DNA of 64,000 bases. Source: an uncultured bacterium. GTDB lineage: Bacteria > Krumholzibacteriota > Krumholzibacteriia > LZORAL124-64-63. The position numbers and the translations under genes are program-made. The stretch is taken from positions 928,001 through 992,000 of the forward strand of contig CAVSGO010000007.1 in the NCBI GenBank assembly GCA_963727525.1, in the 5' to 3' direction. Position 1 is the first letter of the stretch, and every line of letters begins with the position of its first letter. The notes beneath the pieces were generated by a model, which searched no databases, was not told the DNA's origin, and saw only the letters and a list, made by a program, of their open reading frames with translations. Shown in pieces: positions 35,942 through 44,330 of this stretch.

Positions 35942-37275
35942 CGGTTACGCCCGCGCTCCTTCGAGAGGTAGAGCATCGCGTCGGCCTTGCGATACAGGTC
36001 GAAGGGGTCGGCGCCGGCCTCGGGATAGGTCACCACACCGTACGACATCGTCACGGCGATCTCGGACGCCTCCGCGCCGTCCGCCGCGATCGCGAAGGGA
36101 TGCGCGAGCAGGCGCACCATGACGTCGTGTGCCTCGTCGACACGGGTATGCGGGAGAATGAGGGCGAACTCCTCGCCCCCGATTCGGCAGATGTGGTCGA
36201 TCCGGCGGAGCGCGCCTTGCAGCCGGCGGGCCACTTCCTGGAGCATGCGGTCGCCGCAATGATGGCCATGGTTGTCGTTGACGAGCTTGAAGAAGTCGAG
36301 ATCGCCGAGAACCAGCGCCAGCGGGAAGTCGCCGCGGCGCGCGCGTTCCAGTTCGATGGCAAACTGGCTATCGAAGAATGCGCGGTTGTGCACACCGGTG
36401 AGGCTGTCGGTGTGAATCCGGCGGTTGACGGTCCACTGGTGGCGCCAACGCTGGGTGACGAAATCCGCGAGCCGGCGCGCCAGGCGCAGCAGCACGTGAT
36501 CCTCCCACGCTCCGTCCCCGACGACGAAGAGAAGCCCCTTCTCGCGTCGTCCCGCGCCATGCTCGGCGGCCATCTCCGGCAACTCGACGATGGGCACGGC
36601 GGCGGCCACCATGGCACTGGCGCGGTCGCCGAGCGCGCCCACAATGGCGCCCGGCAGCTCCGCCCCATCGGGAAGCCACATCGCCGAGCCCGGCGCCCGT
36701 TGCTGCAACCAGAAGGGCTGGCCAGGCGTCGTTCCGCGGCCCACCACCCGGATCGCCCCTTCACGAAGCGCATCGCCATGATCGAGCAGGAGGAAGAGTC
36801 GGAGATCCGGCAGGTATCGCTCCAGCAGTGCCAGGATTCCCTCCAGAACGACCTCGCTCACCCCCGAGCGCGGATCGCCGACCTCGAGATCCTGGGCAGC
36901 CTCCATCGCATCGAGGACACCGTGGAGATTGCCGAGATCCGCCGCGGGACCGGCTGCAGGCGGCGTCGCCGTGTGCGGAAGGGCGGGCAAGGGCGCTTTC
37001 CCCGGCGCGAGCGCCCTCAGGTCGACAAGGCGGCTCGTGCCCCGCACGAGGAAAAGCGGTCCTGCCAGCGTGTCGTCACCAGCAGCGACAGCCACCCGGA
37101 TCAGATCGCCCCGGCGCAGCAGCTCGCCGACGATCTGCTTGCCGATCTGGCGCATTCGCCGGGCATCACCCTCGTAGACGGCGCGACGCACCGCCATGCG
37201 CCACTGCGGCCCAACTCTCTCCAGCAGCAACGAACTCCCGAGGAGCCGTTTCAGGTCGCGCAGGTCATCCGCCAA
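35875..37275 (-). CDS. Diguanylate cyclase (GGEEF) with an unassigned N-terminal/GAF-like region
   Basis: TDSLTGVHNR, DLDFFKLVNDNHGHHCGD, RRID I-site, RIGGEEF, ADAMLYLSKERGRN. Confidence 0.88.
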   Translation of the reverse strand: MADDLRDLKRLLGSSLLLERVGPQWRMAVRRAVYEGDARRMRQIGKQIVGELLRRGDLIRVAVAAGDDTLAGPLFLVRGTSRLVDLRALAPGKAPLPALPHTATPPAAGPAADLGNLHGVLDAMEAAQDLEVGDPRSGVSEVVLEGILALLERYLPDLRLFLLLDHGDALREGAIRVVGRGTTPGQPFWLQQRAPGSAMWLPDGAELPGAIVGALGDRASAMVAAAVPIVELPEMAAEHGAGRREKGLLFVVGDGAWEDHVLLRLARRLADFVTQRWRHQWTVNRRIHTDSLTGVHNRAFFDSQFAIELERARRGDFPLALVLGDLDFFKLVNDNHGHHCGDRMLQEVARRLQGALRRIDHICRIGGEEFALILPHTRVDEAHDVMVRLLAHPFAIAADGAEASEIAVTMSYGVVTYPEAGADPFDLYRKADAMLYLSKERGRNRCHFWSEAGEPLAVFPPDEPDA

Positions 37276-37323
37276 GATGTGCCATCCACGGTGTTGCGGG
37301 CGAACTTTGACAGATCTTTATTA

Positions 37324-37352
37324 ATTATGACATATCATCACTGAATTCTCAA
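37324..37352 (-). promoter_or_regulatory. sigma70-type promoter of the diguanylate cyclase-comEC unit
   Basis: TTGAGA-17 bp-CATAAT with TG extension, in an AT-rich island. Confidence 0.6.
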
Positions 37353-37376
37353 GCCCCGGCTTGCCTCTTACCCCAC

Positions 37377-37392
37377 TTGGCGCAAATCTTGT
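37377..37392 (+). promoter_or_regulatory. Putative sigma54 -24/-12 promoter of the LysM transglycosylase
   Basis: TTGGCGCA-AATC-TTGT, versus consensus YTGGCACG-N4-TTGC; GT instead of GC at -12. Confidence 0.5.
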
Positions 37393-37442
37393 AAAGGCAC
37401 TCACGACAGTTCGGCCAGCTAGCACGAAAGGACCGATCACGG

Positions 37443-39176
37443 ATGATCTCCCGGCCTGGAATATTGCGCGCGCAATCGCGCGCGTGGAACGATAACGCAT
37501 GGCTCCCCCCGGGAGCAATGATTCTCGTCTGTCTGTGGTTCGCCGCCTGCAGCGGCACGGCGCCCGTGCCGGAATCCGACCCCGAGCCATGGCAGCCCTC
37601 CGAACCCTACGCCCTCGCCTCGGACACGCTTTCCCTGGCCGAGACCATGCCCGATTCGCTACCGTGGCCGGACGCACCTCCGGGCGAGGTGCCGCTCGCG
37701 CAGATCGAGGACCTCTACGCCGAAGCCGTGTCCCTCGTGGCCAGCGGCGATCTCGATCGCGCGCAGGACCATCTCTTCAGCCTCCAGGACCTCGTCCTGG
37801 CCCCGTCTCCCGCTGACGCCGACAGCATGTACGTGCAGCACCGTCGCAGTCTCGAGCGACGGGTCTATCTCCTGGGCGCCATCGTCGCCGAGGAGCGAGC
37901 ATTTCCCGGGGTCGACGTGAACGCGGACTCCGTGCTGACCGCGAGCTACGCCACCCTCGAGGCCATGGCTCTACCCGATTCCCTCGTGCCGGCCACGGGC
38001 ACCGTCCTGCCGCCCTTGCAGGCCGACCTGCTGCGCTGGCACAACAGCCACGTGCAGCAGTGGATCGACTACTTCTCGGGACGCGGCCACCACAACTTCC
38101 AGATCTGGCTCGAGCGCAAGGCCACCTACGAACCGCTCATCACCAGCATCCTCGACGAGTACGACCTCCCGCGCGAACTCATCTACCTGGCGCTCATCGA
38201 AAGCGGCCTCAGTGCCCGGGCCCGGTCCTCCGTGGGCGCGGTCGGCCCGTGGCAGTTCATGCCGGGGACGGCGAAGCTCCAGGGGCTGCGGCAGGACTGG
38301 TGGGTCGACGAGCGTCGCGACTTCGAGAAGTCCACGCGCGCGGCGTGCCGCTATCTGACGCAACTCTACGACGAGTTCGGCGACTGGGCGCTCGTGCTGG
38401 CCGCGTACAACAGCGGCGAGGGACGCATCCGCCGTCAGATCGCCCTGACCGGGCACACCGACTACTGGGCGCATCATCTGCCCCGGCAGACGGTAGCCTA
38501 CGTGCCCAAGTTCATCGCCGCGGTGAAGATCGGGGAGGATCCCGAGGCGTACGGCTTCCACGCGCCGCAGGTGACGCCGCTCGTCTACGACACCGTGCCC
38601 GTGAGCGACGCCACCGATCTGCAACTGATCGCGTCGTGTGCGAACGTCGACCCGGCGGCGGTGGTGGCACTCAACCCGCAGCTCCTGCGCCGCGCGGTGC
38701 CGCCCGATGCCAAGGACTACGCGGTCCACGTCCCTACCGGCACCGGCGGGCGCACGCGCCGCGAGCTGGCCAAGGTTCCGGCATCGCAGCGTTTGACCTG
38801 GCGCCGCCATCGCGTCGGACGCGGCGAGACGCTCAGCCAGATCGCGTCCCACTATGGCACTTCCGTCGGCGGCATCCAGCGCGCCAACGAGATGGGGCGG
38901 CGCACGCTGATCCATCCCGGCGACCAGCTCCTCATTCCGATGCCGCAGGAGCTGAAGGATCGAGCCCGGGCCCGCGCCGTGGAAGCCGGGCACTACGTTC
39001 CGCCCGAAGGCTACGAGCGCGTGAGCTACAAGGTGCGCAGCGGTGACTCGCTCAGCACCATCGCCCGGCACCTCGGCGTGAGCATCAAGCACCTGCGCAA
39101 GGTGAACAACCTGAGGGGCGACCTCATCAAGCCGGGCCAGCACCTCTACGCCTACCGGAAAGGCGTCACCGGCTGA
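37443..39176 (+). CDS. MltD-like lytic transglycosylase lipoprotein with LysM domains
   Basis: Lipobox-like FAAC, LALIESG (catalytic E), AVGPWQFMPGT, LAAYNSGEG, LysM repeats HRVGRGETLSQIA and YKVRSGDSLSTIA. Confidence 0.88.
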   Translation: MISRPGILRAQSRAWNDNAWLPPGAMILVCLWFAACSGTAPVPESDPEPWQPSEPYALASDTLSLAETMPDSLPWPDAPPGEVPLAQIEDLYAEAVSLVASGDLDRAQDHLFSLQDLVLAPSPADADSMYVQHRRSLERRVYLLGAIVAEERAFPGVDVNADSVLTASYATLEAMALPDSLVPATGTVLPPLQADLLRWHNSHVQQWIDYFSGRGHHNFQIWLERKATYEPLITSILDEYDLPRELIYLALIESGLSARARSSVGAVGPWQFMPGTAKLQGLRQDWWVDERRDFEKSTRAACRYLTQLYDEFGDWALVLAAYNSGEGRIRRQIALTGHTDYWAHHLPRQTVAYVPKFIAAVKIGEDPEAYGFHAPQVTPLVYDTVPVSDATDLQLIASCANVDPAAVVALNPQLLRRAVPPDAKDYAVHVPTGTGGRTRRELAKVPASQRLTWRRHRVGRGETLSQIASHYGTSVGGIQRANEMGRRTLIHPGDQLLIPMPQELKDRARARAVEAGHYVPPEGYERVSYKVRSGDSLSTIARHLGVSIKHLRKVNNLRGDLIKPGQHLYAYRKGVTG

Positions 39177-39205
39177 GCACCGGCGACATGCCGCCATGCA
39201 CGGGA

Positions 39206-39230
39206 AGGGCCGCCCCAGCGGGGCGGCCCT
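39206..39230. terminator. Hairpin between convergent genes, possibly a bidirectional terminator
   Basis: AGGGCCGCCCC-agc-GGGGCGGCCCT, perfect 11-bp stem; U-tracts are weak. Confidence 0.55.
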
Positions 39231-39254
39231 CGCCTTCCTTGTCCGCGATCGCGC

Positions 39255-40310
39255 CTAGAAACGCACCGACAGACTGATGCGGTGCGTGTACTCGTCGATG
39301 TTGAGCACATCGCCCGCATACGCGTAGTCGACGGTGAGAGGGTCGATCCGGAAGCCCGCGCCTGCCGTCAGGTTCTCCGCAGAGAAGCCGCTGTTGAAGC
39401 CGCCTCGAATGAAGACCCGCCGCGCGAACCCGACCTCCATGCCCCAGTGCGTGTTCGCGCTGAACGACCCGCTCTTGTACTGGTCGCCCACGCGATTCTC
39501 GAAGCGGCACTCCGCGCTGCTGGCCACCACCACGTCCATGTTCATCCGGGGCAGGTTGAACGTGTAGGCCAGACCTGGCGTGATCGCCGGGTAGATGACC
39601 TCGTTCGTGCCGGTGCTCCAGCTCAGGTACGTGGTCGTGATGTCCTGCAGCTTGACGCCGAAGTCGAGGTTGCGCCACAGGCGCGGCCGTATCAGCCCCA
39701 CGTCGGTCCCGATGCCAAGACTGGAGTAGTCGCCCACGCTCTGGCGGATGAGCTTCAACGTACCGCCGACCAGCCAGCTACCCCGACGCTCCCCGTACGA
39801 GACCATCAGCGCGAACTCGGAGTCGCTCTTGAAGCGGAACTGATCTTGCAGATCGAAGAGGCCGAGCAACTCGTTGTCGTCGACGATACCGTCATGATTC
39901 GTGTCGAGGCGGTCGTGCAGATGTTCCGTGAACGGGATGTTGTCGATGCCCAGGCGGATCACCGATACCCCCACGCTGCTCTCCGTCCCTCCCAGGAGCG
40001 ACCAGTTCACGGGCGCCACGAACGACGCGAAGTCGCGATCGATGAGGTCGCCGAAACGCTCGGCGTGCATCAGGAGCAGCTCGCGGGTGCGGGTCCGCGA
40101 GAGTCCGGCGGGGTTCCAGAACGTGGTCGACGGATCGTTGGCGACCGCGGTGAACGCACTTCCCATCGCCAGGGCCCGCGCGCCGCCGCCGTCCTCCATG
40201 AAGGCGCCCGCGTACTTCGCAGCGTGCGCCGGCGTCGATACCAGCACCAACGCAAAGACGAGGAAGGACACAGGCACACCAAGGTGCCCACGCCAGGCTC
40301 GAATCTCCAT
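39255..40310 (-). CDS. PorV/PorQ-like (FadL superfamily) outer-membrane beta-barrel
   Basis: Signal peptide AHA, GGGARALAMGSAFTAVANDPSTTFWNPAGL, alternating beta strands, VDYAY, C-terminal HRISLSVRF. Confidence 0.78.
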   Translation of the reverse strand: MEIRAWRGHLGVPVSFLVFALVLVSTPAHAAKYAGAFMEDGGGARALAMGSAFTAVANDPSTTFWNPAGLSRTRTRELLLMHAERFGDLIDRDFASFVAPVNWSLLGGTESSVGVSVIRLGIDNIPFTEHLHDRLDTNHDGIVDDNELLGLFDLQDQFRFKSDSEFALMVSYGERRGSWLVGGTLKLIRQSVGDYSSLGIGTDVGLIRPRLWRNLDFGVKLQDITTTYLSWSTGTNEVIYPAITPGLAYTFNLPRMNMDVVVASSAECRFENRVGDQYKSGSFSANTHWGMEVGFARRVFIRGGFNSGFSAENLTAGAGFRIDPLTVDYAYAGDVLNIDEYTHRISLSVRF

Positions 40311-40371
40311 GTTGCTAGCCTCTCTGACCAGGGGATGTTTGTAGGGTGACAATGCGGACGTTCTGAATATG

Positions 40372-40400
40372 AGTATAACCCACGGCCGGCTTTTCGCCAA
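40372..40400 (-). promoter_or_regulatory. sigma70-type promoter of the PorV-like gene
   Basis: TTGGCG-17 bp-TATACT. Confidence 0.6.
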
Positions 40401-40402
40401 GA

Positions 40403-40426
40403 CCCCGACGAGCGCCCCGACGAGCG
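40403..40426. repeat. 12-bp intergenic tandem duplication CCCCGACGAGCG x2
   Basis: Read directly; lies just upstream of the -35 of the PorV-like gene. Confidence 0.7.
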
Positions 40427-40432
40427 CCCGGG

Positions 40433-41944
40433 CTAGAGCCCGTAGAGCCTGATTTTCCGGTAGAGAGTGCGCTCGCTGATCCCCAGCCGCCCGGCCGCCC
40501 GCCGCCGATTGCCCCCCGCCGCCCGCAGAGCGTTGGCGATGAGTGCCCGTTCGGCGACCTGCAGATCGCCCTCGGCCGGCGCGTCGCCGTTCTCCGCCGC
40601 CGGCGACGAGAACACCACGCCGTCGTGCGGGATCTGCCCCGGCGCCATCCTCCCGCTCCCGACGGCGCTCGCCAGATCGTCGAGCTGGTTGCGGATGGCC
40701 TTGATGTCCTGGTGCAACTCCAGCAACGTGCTGGCCAGAAGCCCCGGATCGAGACCGTTGGCGCCCTGGCGCGTGTCGAGCAACGCCGGCAGGTAGGGCG
40801 AGCGGTGGCTCTGGTCGGCCGCCAGCACATCGTCTGGCAGGTCTTCCAGCTCGATCAAACCGCGTTGCTTCATCACCGCCGCGGCCCGCACCACATTGCG
40901 CAGCTCCCGGATGTTTCCGGGCCAGCTATGCTGCCGCAAGGCCTGCTTCGTGTGCCGGCTGAAGCCACGTACCGCCAGGCCATGCTCGCGGTTCTCCAGC
41001 TTGAGGAAGTGGTCGGCCAGGATCGGGATGTCCTCCTTGCGCTCACGCAGCGGCGGCGTGGGGATGACGATGACCCGCAGCCGGTAGTAGAGGTCCTGCC
41101 GGAAGCGACCCGCCTCGACGTCGCGTACGAGATCGCGGTTGGTCGCAGCGACGAGGCGAATATCGCTGTGCAGGACCCCCTTGCCGCCGACTGGCGTGAA
41201 CTCCCCGGTCTCCAGCGCGCGCAGGAAGCGCGTCTGCATGCCCAGCGGCATCTCCCCTACCTCGTCGAGGAAGAGCGTCCCACCGTCGGCGCGCTTGAAC
41301 ACACCATTGTGATCGGCCACGGCACCGGTGAAGGCGCCGCGCATATGGCCAAAGAGTTCGCTCTCCAGGACACCCTCGCCAATGGCCCCGCAATTGAGGC
41401 TGATGAACGGGGCGGCCCGGCGGGGAGAATGACGGTGTATGGCCCGGGCCACGAGTTCCTTGCCGGTGCCGCTCTCTCCCTGGATGAGCACGTTGATGTC
41501 CACGGGCGCCGCCTGGGCGATGAGCGCGAGCATCTGCCCCACCGCGCGCGACCGACCGACGATGCCGCTGTCCGCTCGGACCTGGCGCAGTTGCAGCAGG
41601 CGCCGCACCACGCTCTGCAAATCGGCGCCGTCGACGTCCGTCGGCAGCACCCGCACCATGGCCTCGCTGGCTTGCACCGCGTCGTCGTCGAGCTCGGCCG
41701 GATCGCCGAGCAGGACGAGGTCCGTATCGCCCGGCAAGCCGAGGGCCTTGCCGACGGTGCCGCGCGCGCCCTGGAAGCCGGTGGTGTCGAAGAGGAAGAG
41801 CGCTGCCTGACCGGACGCGAGGCGCGAAAGTGCGGCCGGCGCATCCTCGAAGACGAAGATCTCGGTATCGGGCAAGCGCCAGTCGGCCGCGGTCTTGTAG
41901 AGCGCCGGACGCTTGCCGAGCAGGATGAGGGCGTGTCTGGACAT
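40433..41944 (-). CDS. sigma54-dependent enhancer-binding protein (degenerate REC-like domain, AAA+, Fis HTH)
   Basis: GESGTGKE, ESELFGH, GAFTGA, FLDEVGEM, RFRQDLYYRL, WPGNIREL, LGISERTLYRK. Confidence 0.93.
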   Translation of the reverse strand: MSRHALILLGKRPALYKTAADWRLPDTEIFVFEDAPAALSRLASGQAALFLFDTTGFQGARGTVGKALGLPGDTDLVLLGDPAELDDDAVQASEAMVRVLPTDVDGADLQSVVRRLLQLRQVRADSGIVGRSRAVGQMLALIAQAAPVDINVLIQGESGTGKELVARAIHRHSPRRAAPFISLNCGAIGEGVLESELFGHMRGAFTGAVADHNGVFKRADGGTLFLDEVGEMPLGMQTRFLRALETGEFTPVGGKGVLHSDIRLVAATNRDLVRDVEAGRFRQDLYYRLRVIVIPTPPLRERKEDIPILADHFLKLENREHGLAVRGFSRHTKQALRQHSWPGNIRELRNVVRAAAVMKQRGLIELEDLPDDVLAADQSHRSPYLPALLDTRQGANGLDPGLLASTLLELHQDIKAIRNQLDDLASAVGSGRMAPGQIPHDGVVFSSPAAENGDAPAEGDLQVAERALIANALRAAGGNRRRAAGRLGISERTLYRKIRLYGL

Positions 41945-42007
41945 GGTGCCCGGAATCATACACACGCCCGGGCGACAGGCCAGCAGAAACTCGCGGACGC
42001 GTACAGG

Positions 42008-42886
42008 CTAGGCGATGTGGACGAACGCCGCCGCGTCGGCGATGGCCTCGCGGATGGCGTCATGATGCGTGACGACGTCGTCGCGATCGAGCGGGACGGC
42101 GGCGAACAGATCTCGCTCGGTGACACCCGCGGTCGCGAATCCGAGGTCGCCACGCGGCGGCACGAGTACGTTCGCGAGGTAGTCCCCGAGAGCCACGATC
42201 GTGACGGCATCTCCCTCGTGCGTGCCGGCGTGGTGGTCACCGATGCAGACCACGAGTTCGGGCGGGAAGAGCCATGACTCCGCCATCGCCGCGCCCGCCT
42301 GCGCATGGTCGAATCCGAAGACATGTCGCTCCTGCGCGACGAGCGTGCTGCCGCTGCGCGCACGATCGGCGATCACACGGTCGTACGTGCCCGGCGCATG
42401 GAGCGTGAGCACGAACTTCCCCAGGTCGTGGAGCAGGCCGCCGGTGAAGACGAGTTCGGGATCCGGAAACCGCACGAGGCGGGCGAGATAGCGCGATGTG
42501 GCGCCCACGGCCACGCAATGCCGCCAGATCTCCTTGTAGTCGATCTGCGGCCGCCGCTCGCTGAACGCCTTGCCGAGACTCGATACCACGGCCACGCAGA
42601 TGGCGACCTGGCGCACCGTGCGCATGCCGAGCACCGCAACGCACTCCTGCACCGACGTCAGTGTGCGCGACTTCTGGTAGTACGGCGAGTTCGCGAGGCG
42701 CAGGACCTTGCTGGCCAGCGGCGGGTCGTGGCGGATGACCTCGGCGAGGTCGCCGGCGCTCGAGCTGGGATCGTCGATGAGCTGCAGGATCCTGGTGAGG
42801 ATCTCCGGGATCGTCGGCAGGTCGTCGACGGTCGCCTGCAGCGTCGTGAGGGTCAGGATCGGCTGGTCGTCGTCGCGCGCGTTCAC
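42008..42886 (-). CDS. Stand-alone HDOD-domain protein
   Basis: DLPTIP, DPPLASKVLRLANS, WRHC, GLLHDLGK, FGFDHAQAG; AAGGAG RBS before GTG 42886. Confidence 0.88.
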   Translation of the reverse strand: MNARDDDQPILTLTTLQATVDDLPTIPEILTRILQLIDDPSSSAGDLAEVIRHDPPLASKVLRLANSPYYQKSRTLTSVQECVAVLGMRTVRQVAICVAVVSSLGKAFSERRPQIDYKEIWRHCVAVGATSRYLARLVRFPDPELVFTGGLLHDLGKFVLTLHAPGTYDRVIADRARSGSTLVAQERHVFGFDHAQAGAAMAESWLFPPELVVCIGDHHAGTHEGDAVTIVALGDYLANVLVPPRGDLGFATAGVTERDLFAAVPLDRDDVVTHHDAIREAIADAAAFVHIA

Positions 42887-42902
42887 GGCCCGGCTCCTTG
42901 GC

Positions 42903-43808
42903 TCAAATGAAGATCTCCATCTCGGTCTCGAGCGTCCGCTGCAACTGGAGCGAGACCCCGTCGAGATCGGATTGTTGCAGACCCAATCGGGCCAGCGACG
43001 GCGACTCGTAGAGGGCGAGGTCGGGCTCATCCTGGAAACCGATGCCATGCTTGTGGCAGATCTGGTTGCCGAGATCGAGGCAGAGCAGGAGCGTGTTGTC
43101 CGACGCCAATGCTGCCGGATCGTGATGGTGTCCGATGATGTCCTCGAGCAGCGGTGACAGCTTCCACTTGTTGACAAGCAGCGACCCCGCCTGGGCGTGA
43201 TCGAATTGCAGGATCTCGCGCTCGGTCTCACAGAAGGTGCGGTGTTCGTTGTAGACGATCTGGACGATCTCGTCGAAGCGGTCCGGCTCCTGCAGGTTGA
43301 GCACGAGCTTGCCGATGTCGTGCATCAGACCCGCCAGGAACGCCTCTTCCGCCAGCGCGGGCCAGCGTCCCGCCACGAGCAGACGGCAGGCGAAGGCGCA
43401 CCCGATCGAGTGCTCCCACAGCAGCCGCTCCTTCAGTCCCATGCGCGCGCCACCGCTCGTGTAGAGGTTGCGTGCCGCGCTCGTGACGACAAGGCTGCGG
43501 ATGGAGTTGAAGCCGAGCATCACGATCGCCTCGGAGAGCGTCTTGATGCGGCGGCTGCAGGCGTACATGGCCGAATTGGCGATCTTGAGGATGCGCGCCG
43601 TCATGGCCTGATCGTCGGCGATGACCTGCTGGAGCTGGGCGGCCGAGGTATTGGGATCGGACGAGAGTTCCAGGACCTTGCTGGCGACATGGGGCATCGC
43701 CGGCAGATCCCGGGTGGTCATGATCAGGGCTTTGAGCTTGGCGTCGCCCCCAGATGGTGCGCCCGCGGAGGGCGTTCCAGGTTCGGACGTCGCCGGAATG
43801 CTGGTCAT
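42903..43808 (-). CDS. Stand-alone HDOD-domain protein
   Basis: DLPAMP, DQAMTARILKIANS, LWEHS, GLMHDIGK, FDHAQAG. Confidence 0.9.
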   Translation of the reverse strand: MTSIPATSEPGTPSAGAPSGGDAKLKALIMTTRDLPAMPHVASKVLELSSDPNTSAAQLQQVIADDQAMTARILKIANSAMYACSRRIKTLSEAIVMLGFNSIRSLVVTSAARNLYTSGGARMGLKERLLWEHSIGCAFACRLLVAGRWPALAEEAFLAGLMHDIGKLVLNLQEPDRFDEIVQIVYNEHRTFCETEREILQFDHAQAGSLLVNKWKLSPLLEDIIGHHHDPAALASDNTLLLCLDLGNQICHKHGIGFQDEPDLALYESPSLARLGLQQSDLDGVSLQLQRTLETEMEIFI

Positions 43809-43853
43809 GGTGTCTCCCGACCGTCGCTGCTAGGATTCGCCCGTCGAGCTCGG

Positions 43854-44315
43854 CTACGATCCGCACGCTTTGAAGACATATTCGACCTCGACTGGCGCCA
43901 CCTTTAGGGCCGGTTCGGGCATGTCTTCAAGGTCGCCAGCCAGATCGCGGGCCACGTCCTCGAGCCGGTCGCCGGCCGAGTGGAGACGCCGCAGCAGGAG
44001 GGCCAGGGAGGGGAGGTCCGCCGCAGGTATGGGCGCGACGCGCGGACCGAGCGATCCGCGGGCGGCCAGGGGCGGTGTGGGATGTGCGGGAGCGGGTTCC
44101 GCCGCGGTCGGGGCGGCCTTGCCGGCGGCGCGGTATGCCGCCAGCGCGGCCAGAGCGCCCGGCCGATGAGGCTGACGCGCGCGGGCGAAGCGCCGCTTCA
44201 GGGCGAATCCCGCGGCCACGAGCATGAGCGTGAGCCCCAGCGCGATGGCCCCGGTCGCCAGCCAGAACACGGACGTCTGCCCCACCATCGCCTGCACCCA
44301 GCCATGCCCGTTCAT
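43854..44315 (-). CDS. Hypothetical single-pass membrane protein
   Basis: N-terminal TM VFWLATGAIALGLTLMLVAAGFAL, Pro/Ala linker, amphipathic helix; fills the operon gap. Confidence 0.55.
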   Translation of the reverse strand: MNGHGWVQAMVGQTSVFWLATGAIALGLTLMLVAAGFALKRRFARARQPHRPGALAALAAYRAAGKAAPTAAEPAPAHPTPPLAARGSLGPRVAPIPAADLPSLALLLRRLHSAGDRLEDVARDLAGDLEDMPEPALKVAPVEVEYVFKACGS

Positions 44316-44330
44316 CGGCGTCCCTTCCCA

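Noticed and set aside
37295-37321. sigma28 promoter (TAAA-N15-GCCCGCAA) for the diguanylate cyclase
   Set aside because: The -10 matches GCCGATAA poorly, and a better sigma70 element lies just upstream.
37305-37335. Possible dif site (CTTTGACAGAT ... TTATGACATAT), suggested by xerC and xerD in the window
   Set aside because: The two arm-like sequences are 9 bp apart rather than 6, and the XerD-arm core is mismatched. A promoter plus direct repeat explains the tract better.
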